IMG/VR virus record: IMGVR_UViG_3300046810_000338 | Location: 62,001-126,000 of that record | Length of the DNA: 64,000 nt | Strand: one strand, 5' to 3' | In this document: positions 56,498-64,000 of the stretch, piece after piece | Position numbering within the stretch: position 1 is the first letter of the stretch | Layout of the letters: each line of letters opens with the position of its first letter | Notes under the pieces: generated by a model | What the model was told of the DNA's origin: nothing | The model's database searches: none | The model's input: the letters and a program-made list of their open reading frames with translations, nothing else | Program-made: the position numbers and the translations under genes

Positions 56498-57643
56498 ATG
56501 GCGCATTATGAAGAGGAGTCTCAAGTCGAATCCCCCCTGCCTTCATTCCAAATGGAAGTCAGTGGGAAGACGGATTTGTTTCTTGGGGCCCCATGCAGTT
56601 CTGAAACCAGGGAGATGTACAACAACACAGGCAAAGAAGTCTGGGTATGTGGTCGCGACGGCATCGCTCAGCGTATGCGCGTCTCCACCCGATCTATGAA
56701 CGCCTTCTTTGGGATGCGAATCACCCGAGTCATCACTGATAGTGTTGACGTGGTGTTTCCGCCTGATCAGGATCGTATCGTAAAAGGGGATGTGATTGAA
56801 CGCCCGACTTCCGATCGAGCGACAATCATAGAAACGTATCGTTCAGCTCGTATTCGTGTGCCGGTTGGAGCACCGCACCCGCGAGAAGTCGTAGCCCGAC
56901 AAAATGCAATACACTCAGCGATGTCTAACGCAGGCTATGGCGAGTTCGCTGCAAGCTATGAATACCTTCTGGAGCGCGGAGGGGCATTTCATTGTAAAGA
57001 ACTCGATGTTGTATTTGCCACGACGGAGAATGGCTGTCGCTTTTACTGGAATGATTCTGAGGCCAGGAAAAGATTAGAAAACAGCATCTCCGTACTACTT
57101 AATCGAGAGCAGTTGCCTATTACTGACTTCAGCATCCTGCTGGTCAGCAATACGCGAGATCGCCCAGACCAGTACGTACTGATCCACGGCGTTGTGCAAT
57201 TGGTTAAGTCTCTCGTGATCAGCGACTTACCTGACGGGGTATACATCTTCGCCGGTAAGGAGCTAGGGAAAGATGGTGTTACGTTAAGTAGAACCAGCAA
57301 GCATTATTCTTTCGAGAGCTGTAGAGAAGCAGGATTATTCCTCTTCGATACTCCCGCCGCAGCCAGAGCTCACGGGAACGTGGAGCGTCAGGCTGAAACA
57401 AAAGCAACAGAAACCAAGATCGCCTTAGTAGAAGCCAAGCTGACCGCGGAGCAAGAAACAATCGAGGTCAAGCAAAAAGCGACTGTTGCCGACATCGACA
57501 ACGCTGCTAGGATGAAAACAATGGCCGACTATTACGATGCTAAAAGCTATCATCGTAAAGACAATTCTGAAGAGATGAAATACTTCTTTGCAGGGTTGCT
57601 AGCCATGCTGGGTCTTCTGACGGCATTTCTTAAGAGTAAGTAG
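56498..57643 (+). CDS. Conserved protein with coiled coil and C-terminal membrane anchor (phiKZ gp122-like)
   Basis: 381 aa, GGAG RBS, ends YFFAGLLAMLGLLTAFLKSK. Confidence 0.65.
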   Translation: MAHYEEESQVESPLPSFQMEVSGKTDLFLGAPCSSETREMYNNTGKEVWVCGRDGIAQRMRVSTRSMNAFFGMRITRVITDSVDVVFPPDQDRIVKGDVIERPTSDRATIIETYRSARIRVPVGAPHPREVVARQNAIHSAMSNAGYGEFAASYEYLLERGGAFHCKELDVVFATTENGCRFYWNDSEARKRLENSISVLLNREQLPITDFSILLVSNTRDRPDQYVLIHGVVQLVKSLVISDLPDGVYIFAGKELGKDGVTLSRTSKHYSFESCREAGLFLFDTPAAARAHGNVERQAETKATETKIALVEAKLTAEQETIEVKQKATVADIDNAARMKTMADYYDAKSYHRKDNSEEMKYFFAGLLAMLGLLTAFLKSK

Positions 57644-57665
57644 TTTACATGGGAGAGCGTGGTAG

Positions 57666-59282
57666 ATGAACAGCCAAATGTTAGGTATCATTGCCAAGCG
57701 CATCGAACCTTTCAATCCGGATATCGCCAACGGCATTGCGCTCAAGCAGGTACCTACTGCTGAGAACTATGTTGACCGTGACTTCCGCGCTTCGTCAGAT
57801 CAGTTCCCACCCGACGTCAAGTACCTCGGGCTGCGTCGCTGCACTGCAATGGAAGAGTACAAACTGCTGCATCAAAAGAAGGAGAAGAACTATGTAGAAC
57901 TGAGTCGTACAGACATGACACTGTACGAGGCGCAATTCACGTATCAAGATCGGCCGATGGAGTCTCGTTACTTCTACCTGCCGTTCGCCATCGAAGCGGG
58001 CATGATGCACGTTCGTGGCACCGAGTACATGCTGTCGCCTGTCATCGGTGACGTTGCTGTAAGTGTGACTCGTGGTGGTCTGTTCGCATGGTTGGGCCTG
58101 ACTAAGGTGCAGTTCTATCGGATGAACTATCAGATGTACGTTGACGGTACCAGTTATAGTGGCTCTGTAGCGCACTCTAACCTCTATCACCGCTCAAGTA
58201 AGTCCAAGGCTGCAAAGGTGGGCAAGAACAGTTTGCGCTCAACCTTGGTACACTACATGCTTTGTCGCATGGGGTTGACCGAAATGATGACCAAGCACTT
58301 CGGTTGTTCGAGTGTCCTGATTGGGGACGCGAGTACAATCAATCATGATGTACTGGATCTGGACGAATGGACCATTTGTTCAAGTTCGGGGATGGGTGGT
58401 AAACCCGTACGCGGTGAATACTTTCGCAGCGGTCTACGGGTAGCTATTCCAAGTGCAGCGATTACAGCAGATATGCTGGACGCGCTCACAGGTGTGTTCT
58501 ATGTCATCGATACCTATCCAGATCAGGTTCAGTTGGAGTATCTGGAAAATCCTCAGATGTGGCAGCGTCTGATGGGTCGGGTTATCTTTGGCGATACAAT
58601 GAACGAGGGCGAGCGCATGATTCTTCTGCGTGAGCACCTTATCTCGATTGATGGTTACGTCAATTACCAATCGAGGCGTACGTTGCATCAAGGCAAGATT
58701 ATGGTAGAAACCATCCACGAGTTCTTTGCGTGGGTGATTCGTGAAATGCCTTTCTTGATTTCCACTGCCCCTACTGAAGTCGCTAGCCTGTATGGCAAGC
58801 GCCTGATGATTGTGCGATACCTGCTTAAAGACATCAGTCGGTCAATCTACTTGCTGATGTTCAGACTGCGGGCCCAGTACAACAAGAAGGGTCGGTTGAG
58901 CGAGAAGGAAGTTCGCGATGCCATGCGTAAAGGTCTGCTGCGCGACCGTATTACTGTGGTCAACGTTAACCATGCCGAGGTAAGCACTGTCAGTTCCCCA
59001 GGGGACAACAAGATCTTCAAGATCACCTCGACAGCTGTACTGCAAGAAAACACCGACAGCCCACGCGGCAAAGGTGGTGGCGGTTCTCTGAATGATCCGT
59101 CCAAGTTCCTGCACAGTTCGGTTATCGAATTCTGTAGCTACTGCGCCATGGGTAAGAACGAGCCCACTGGACGTGGTAAGCTCGGGACCAATGTTCGTAC
59201 GAACGCAAGGGGAGACTTGCTTCGTAACGAGAAACATCACAATCTACTTGAATACACGCAGCAGCTTCTAACACGCAAGTGA
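57666..59282 (+). CDS. Non-virion RNAP beta N-terminal subunit (phiKZ gp123-like)
   Basis: FNPDIANGIA, RYFYLPF, EYMLSPV, SSPGDNKIFKIT, LHSSVIE, EPTGRGKL. Confidence 0.9.
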   Translation: MNSQMLGIIAKRIEPFNPDIANGIALKQVPTAENYVDRDFRASSDQFPPDVKYLGLRRCTAMEEYKLLHQKKEKNYVELSRTDMTLYEAQFTYQDRPMESRYFYLPFAIEAGMMHVRGTEYMLSPVIGDVAVSVTRGGLFAWLGLTKVQFYRMNYQMYVDGTSYSGSVAHSNLYHRSSKSKAAKVGKNSLRSTLVHYMLCRMGLTEMMTKHFGCSSVLIGDASTINHDVLDLDEWTICSSSGMGGKPVRGEYFRSGLRVAIPSAAITADMLDALTGVFYVIDTYPDQVQLEYLENPQMWQRLMGRVIFGDTMNEGERMILLREHLISIDGYVNYQSRRTLHQGKIMVETIHEFFAWVIREMPFLISTAPTEVASLYGKRLMIVRYLLKDISRSIYLLMFRLRAQYNKKGRLSEKEVRDAMRKGLLRDRITVVNVNHAEVSTVSSPGDNKIFKITSTAVLQENTDSPRGKGGGGSLNDPSKFLHSSVIEFCSYCAMGKNEPTGRGKLGTNVRTNARGDLLRNEKHHNLLEYTQQLLTRK

Positions 59283-59311
59283 TTAGATTTGCTATTTGAA
59301 AGGACAGAATC

Positions 59312-61543
59312 ATGCATCAACAAGCGCTGCCGTTTCCCGTCGAGGGTCCGGTAAACGGCCACTGGATTGAAAACCCGTTCAATGTGCAACTGCCTATCCC
59401 GGCGGTGCCATTTGCACAGACCAACCCTCAGCTGCTTTGGGTGGTCGCTACAACTGCTGCGATTCTGGTCAACCAGTTGCAAGACAACTGCCGCGGTGGT
59501 CCGGTCTCGATCTTTGCGTACAACCTGTTCAGCCACAACTTCTACAACAACCAATACTTCGCAGCCATCGTTACCGACGGCTCCGAGTTCGCTTTGCAGC
59601 AACTGCAAATCATGCAGCAAGGCAGTGATCCTCAAGCGGTCGTTGGCAAGGCTGTGCAGTTCTATTGCGGTTATGCAGTTGCTGCCTGTGCCACCAAGTT
59701 TGATCTGAGCCCGTATCTGACTCAGGACATGGTGAACCGCATCAACCACACGCTTCAACAGTGGAAGAACATTCAGGCACCGCAGCAACAGCAACAAGCC
59801 TACGGCGTCCCAACTGGTCAGATTCCAGGGGCAGCCCGCGGTGCTTACGGTGCAGCAGACCCGGCGCAGTACGCTTCAGCCAATGTTGGTATCTCTACCA
59901 CAGCAGGGATTGGCGCACTCGCCTACAACCCTGCCTCGGTGCAGGACAACAGTAAGTTCGGAGCAGCCGCAATGCAAGATACCCGCCCCCGTCCGGATAG
60001 CGCAAATACCCCTGAGCCAGAATTGCAGGCTCTGGGTGTCGTTGAATCTTCCGGCATCGGTCAACCTCGTGCCATTCCTCAAGCCCGCGTTACTGTTGAA
60101 CGTGATGTCTCGGGCGTCATTCCGCAGTCTCAGCCAGTGGGCGTAACTGTCAGCTCCTCTATTCCTGAAGTGTCGGTGCTGGGCAACGACGACTTCAACG
60201 AGGAGTGGATGAGCAAGGTCAAGTTCGACAACGATGTCGATCGCAAGCCTGATTCCGAGTACCACATCCCTGACACTGTCACGGGTCGTTTCCTGTTCCG
60301 TCCGATGCATGTCGAGGTTAATCTGCCGACTACATTGGAAGAAGCAGAACTGGAAGAGCCTGAAGACCTCGTTACGCTCGATATCGAGTCGTTGGTTAAC
60401 GGCGATGACGACTGGTCGATCCTCAAGCTCAAGAACGGCTCTACGGCGGCGATGACGACCAGCAAAGATACTGGCCGTACCTGGACCATGGAACAACCCC
60501 ACGACCATCCTTACAACCCGCAGAGCCACTTCCGCTATTTGGTCAGCGAGGAAGACTCTGCCGACCACTGCTATGAAGCGTTCATGGCTCGGGAAAAAGA
60601 AGTGGACTACCTCGATCTGGAGTTTAATGAATCCAAACGGGCAGCGGCGCGTCAGGTAATGTTGGCCGGGCAAAACATCATGCCCGATCTCAGCGTCCTG
60701 CACTCCATTGTTCCACGCGGTGTTCCTTACACCATCATCAATGCCCTCGCTGATCTGGACAAGGCAGAATCTTCCGCTAACGCAGAAGACCATCTCGCTG
60801 AGCTGGAAAAGTTCCAGGGCAAGCTGAACTTCTTCGAGCGCCATAAAGGCCCTCAAGAGATGCACGCGGTTATCACCAAGATCGAGCAGTTCCAGCAACG
60901 TGTCCGAGCCCGCAACGCTGTAGCCGCAACCTGTGGCTACTTCATCCGCAGCTTTGTGGCGGAAGAAATGGTCAAGCGGGTTAACGCAATTAACTCAGCC
61001 TCCATCGACAAGCGTGTTGCAATCGTTCTGTTGATGGGCGATGAACTGCTCAAATGCAATCCACGAGCTTATCTGTACCTCAGCACCGAACTGACCAAAG
61101 TGGTCAACCAGGCGCTGTCGGCAATGCTCGGTATCACCACCTTCGAGATCACTGATTTCTTCGTTGATTACTTTGATCTCTGTAACGAAGTTAGCACGAG
61201 CTTCTCTGACGAGGTGTTCAAGCAATTTGGCCTGGCCATGTCGGCCGCGCTGGACTCGTTCAGCTTCGGCATGGACGGTAGCATGTTGACGGTGCGCCAG
61301 TCGTATCGTCTGATTGGTTTGCCGATGGCCCTGGCCAGCTTTGACCTGCCAAGTACGAATGGGGATTCGTACAAGGTATTGAGCAGTCTTGCTCCTGAGC
61401 TGTACACGATCATCCGGGCGTTGATTCAAGACCCCGAGACCACCAAAGGTGCTCGCACCTACATGCACACCGTCTCCGGCGAGACGTTTGAAGTCGTTGA
61501 GTCCATTTGGGATGAAGGCTATCTGACTCTGCTGCGTAGCTGA
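59312..61543 (+). CDS. Conserved hypothetical protein with Q/A/G-rich linker
   Basis: 743 aa, AAGGA RBS; low-complexity region around residues 150-280. Confidence 0.72.
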   Translation: MHQQALPFPVEGPVNGHWIENPFNVQLPIPAVPFAQTNPQLLWVVATTAAILVNQLQDNCRGGPVSIFAYNLFSHNFYNNQYFAAIVTDGSEFALQQLQIMQQGSDPQAVVGKAVQFYCGYAVAACATKFDLSPYLTQDMVNRINHTLQQWKNIQAPQQQQQAYGVPTGQIPGAARGAYGAADPAQYASANVGISTTAGIGALAYNPASVQDNSKFGAAAMQDTRPRPDSANTPEPELQALGVVESSGIGQPRAIPQARVTVERDVSGVIPQSQPVGVTVSSSIPEVSVLGNDDFNEEWMSKVKFDNDVDRKPDSEYHIPDTVTGRFLFRPMHVEVNLPTTLEEAELEEPEDLVTLDIESLVNGDDDWSILKLKNGSTAAMTTSKDTGRTWTMEQPHDHPYNPQSHFRYLVSEEDSADHCYEAFMAREKEVDYLDLEFNESKRAAARQVMLAGQNIMPDLSVLHSIVPRGVPYTIINALADLDKAESSANAEDHLAELEKFQGKLNFFERHKGPQEMHAVITKIEQFQQRVRARNAVAATCGYFIRSFVAEEMVKRVNAINSASIDKRVAIVLLMGDELLKCNPRAYLYLSTELTKVVNQALSAMLGITTFEITDFFVDYFDLCNEVSTSFSDEVFKQFGLAMSAALDSFSFGMDGSMLTVRQSYRLIGLPMALASFDLPSTNGDSYKVLSSLAPELYTIIRALIQDPETTKGARTYMHTVSGETFEVVESIWDEGYLTLLRS

Positions 61544-61626
61544 ACGATTCACTAACCAACTCTGCACCCGCAGGTAAATCCACTAGACAACCCCGGCTGA
61601 TTACAAAGAGTGCTGAATAAGCGCAT

Positions 61627-61670
61627 AGACTCCAGGCCCACCGGGGGCCTGGAGTCTGCTTTCACTTATG
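61627..61670. terminator. Bidirectional terminator
   Basis: 13 bp stem AGACTCCAGGCCC-ACCGG-GGGCCTGGAGTCT, GCATA before, CACTTATG and T-run after. Confidence 0.82.
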
Positions 61671-61684
61671 TTTATTTTTTTGTA

Positions 61685-64000
61685 TCAGATGACCGGTTCA
61701 TCGTTCCCAGAGTCATCGTTCCCGCCATCGCTATTGCCGCTCCCAGAATCACCATTCCCAGAATCGGAATTGTCACCGCTGCTATCGCTGTCAGAACTGT
61801 CGCTATCTGAGTCGAAGTCGAAATCACCGCCATCGCCATCATCATCGTCATCGCCAAAGTCGAACCCGTCATCGTCATCACTTCCGTAGTCGTCGTTATA
61901 GTCATCACCGCCGCCGGTGCTACTGCCTTCGCCTTCTTCAGCCCCTTCAACACGGGCTGTGTCCATGCGCTCTTTGAGAGTCACCCACTCATTCTCGCTA
62001 ATGAGGGCAGAAGAGTAGAGCTTAAGGCCAACCACTTTAATGACCTTGTTCATGTCGTTGATGTTTTCCATCCCCTCATTGAACAAGATATTGCCGTAGT
62101 CTTCTGCTGTGCCGACTTTGAACATGTCGGTCAGTTGCGGCATGATGTTGTTTTCACGGCAGTAACGCAGCACCAGAGTGGACTTAACGCTGGCTTTAAC
62201 CAGAGTGACCCATTCATTACTGCTTGTGCCAACTGCTTGTGCGCCCAACACGTCGTCTGGCAGAATCAGGTCCAGCAGTTTCTCCAACGCATCGGAGTAT
62301 TCACCCAGTTCAGTCATGCGATTGCTCAGGCCAGTATCTGGCCGTGGCAGAGTGCAGGTGTAGATACTGAAGAAGATCTCGACGTATTTGTCGATACCCA
62401 CTGTAGCAACCTTCTCTTTACCACCCAGATCTTCAACGTACTGACCCACCACTTCACGCAACTGATCCATGATACCCTGGTGGTTGATCACGATCTTGAT
62501 GATCGTTTCACGGGTCAGGATATTGGTACGGTCCTGGATAATGATTGCGCGTTTGAGAGACAGTTCGTTACTGGTCGCAATCTTGGAGGAGAACTCAATC
62601 TGGTTAGACAGATCGACAATCTCTGGCGCCAAGCCATAGCCCATGGTTTGACGTTTGGCCAGGGATTCATCCATGGACAAATCGATCTCACGATACTGGA
62701 TATCACGAGGAACGATCTCAACTTTGGTCCCTGGGTAGTTATCACCCCCTTCCACGCTTACCGACAGGCCAGAGTCCTGAGCCATTTCGATCATGCGTTT
62801 AGGGTTGGAGGTAGCCCAAGGAATAGAGTTGCTACGACGACGTGCATACTCGTGGACGATCATCTCTTTGGTGCGAGACTTGTTAGGATCGTCTTCATCG
62901 ATCGTGATCTTCATGTCACGGTGATCGATCGAGTTACGGATCATGGTCTCAACGTTCATGAACAGCGTCAGCGCGCGGATAGAGGAAAGGATCTTGTTAT
63001 CCTCCATCAGAGAGCGACCGGTGCCGTTGTCGTTGAAGCGATACGCCCAGTAGACCACCATGTCGGCTGGGATGTAAACCAGACGAGTTTGCTTACCCGA
63101 CAGAGCCCGCTCAAACATCAGGTCGTATGCCATCTGCTGACGACTGACGGTGACATTACCCACACTGCCTGCCATGAAGCGGCTTTCAATGTCCCGTGCT
63201 GCCATGTCGCGAAATGCCATGGACGCCTGTTGAGACATCTGTTGAGTGGCGTAGCCGTCTTCATCGCGCAGCTGACTGGCAGCAGCGCTCAACATACCAG
63301 ACAGTGCAGAGCGGTTGTTAAACACGCCGGCATTGATGGTGTTGAAGTAGTCGGTACGCGCCGTCCTGGAGATCATGCTACCGAATTCATCCAGGATAGC
63401 AATGAACCCGATGGGCTTGTCTGGCTTACCCGGTGGGTGAATCGCCATCAGTGCTTCGGTGGAACCTGGCTTGATCAGAGGACCACCAATCGTTTCACGA
63501 CTGGCTTCTTCTTGACGGTTCAACATGAAGATCTCTTCGGCGCGTAGGTTGCCGTTGTGATAAATGTCTTCAATGTTACGGTAGGAGTTACCACCCAGAC
63601 CTTCCAGCACCATGTTCTGCTTGGCAGTCATGGCAGACTGGGTGATGTCTTCTAACTTCATCATCATCGGGTTGTCGTAAATCTCTGGAGACACCCAACC
63701 CTTGCATTTAGTAAAGACACCACACTGCATAACCGGCAGTGGCTGGGTTGGAATAACCAGTTCCGAATTGACGTCATTGAGCATGGACTCAAGTGTCATC
63801 TTGCGGGCAGTAGGTGTGGCGCTTGGAGCGCCCATGTAGCCAACTGGCTTGCCGATGTTCTTGAGGTCGGTAGATTTACGGTACTCTTCCAGAGCAACCT
63901 TCTTACCAGTACGGCCGTTGATCAGGTCGTCCAGCGAGTTTTCTGGGATGATAAGCGTAACGTCGGCGCCTTCCACGAAAAGAGCTTTACGCAATTTATC
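61685..64000 (-). CDS. Portal protein (phiKZ gp129-like), 5'-truncated by the window edge
   Basis: Frame open to the edge; HPPGKPDKPIGFIAILDEFG, YRFNDNGTGRSLMED, NSIDHRDMKITIDEDDP segments; long acidic tail. Confidence 0.8.
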   Translation of the reverse strand, partial: DKLRKALFVEGADVTLIIPENSLDDLINGRTGKKVALEEYRKSTDLKNIGKPVGYMGAPSATPTARKMTLESMLNDVNSELVIPTQPLPVMQCGVFTKCKGWVSPEIYDNPMMMKLEDITQSAMTAKQNMVLEGLGGNSYRNIEDIYHNGNLRAEEIFMLNRQEEASRETIGGPLIKPGSTEALMAIHPPGKPDKPIGFIAILDEFGSMISRTARTDYFNTINAGVFNNRSALSGMLSAAASQLRDEDGYATQQMSQQASMAFRDMAARDIESRFMAGSVGNVTVSRQQMAYDLMFERALSGKQTRLVYIPADMVVYWAYRFNDNGTGRSLMEDNKILSSIRALTLFMNVETMIRNSIDHRDMKITIDEDDPNKSRTKEMIVHEYARRRSNSIPWATSNPKRMIEMAQDSGLSVSVEGGDNYPGTKVEIVPRDIQYREIDLSMDESLAKRQTMGYGLAPEIVDLSNQIEFSSKIATSNELSLKRAIIIQDRTNILTRETIIKIVINHQGIMDQLREVVGQYVEDLGGKEKVATVGIDKYVEIFFSIYTCTLPRPDTGLSNRMTELGEYSDALEKLLDLILPDDVLGAQAVGTSSNEWVTLVKASVKSTLVLRYCRENNIMPQLTDMFKVGTAEDYGNILFNEGMENINDMNKVIKVVGLKLYSSALISENEWVTLKERMDTARVEGAEEGEGSSTGGGDDYNDDYGSDDDDGFDFGDDDDDGDGGDFDFDSDSDSSDSDSSGDNSDSGNGDSGSGNSDGGNDDSGNDEPVI

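Noticed and set aside
1536-61670. Recurring similar hairpins as a CRISPR array or REP/MITE family
   Set aside because: Spacing is irregular and always at gene boundaries, stems differ in sequence, and there are no spacers, cas genes or transposase.
61700-61900. DNA minisatellite in the portal 3' end
   Set aside because: Only short imperfect repeats (e.g. TCCCAGAATC twice), explained by low-complexity protein coding.

Overview
A 64 kb segment of a phiKZ-like, nucleus-forming jumbo phage (Chimalliviridae); the host cannot be determined from the sequence. It carries the core block in phiKZ order. That block includes the 3' part of chmA (nuclear shell), all five non-virion RNA polymerase subunits, an SbcD-like nuclease, an SSB-like protein, a probable PicA/Imp1 import factor and an SF2 helicase. 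It also includes one virion RNAP subunit, the exonuclease half of the split family B DNA polymerase, inner-head, baseplate and neck genes, DnaB, the major capsid protein and most of the portal gene. phiKZ gp numbers are assigned from motifs plus recalled synteny, not from a search. I saw no tRNA, CRISPR array, intron, intein or transposase. Best leads: (1) a 260 nt densely base-paired non-coding region between the chmA stop codon and its terminator; (2) a T_TTT_TTC slippery site that would fuse a putative tail chaperone to a start-less downstream ORF by -1 frameshift; (3) a 19 bp motif ACCTAAATTATCTAnnTGA in four intergenic regions, three upstream of nvRNAP transcription units; (4) a recurring CATA-hairpin-TTATGCC-(T-run)GT cassette; (5) a 1218 aa head polyprotein of three propeptide plus hydrophobic-helix modules; (6) dnaB and its divergent neighbour sharing one CATG as overlapping start codons; (7) Gly-rich aromatic C-termini shared by ChmA, PicA and the next gene.
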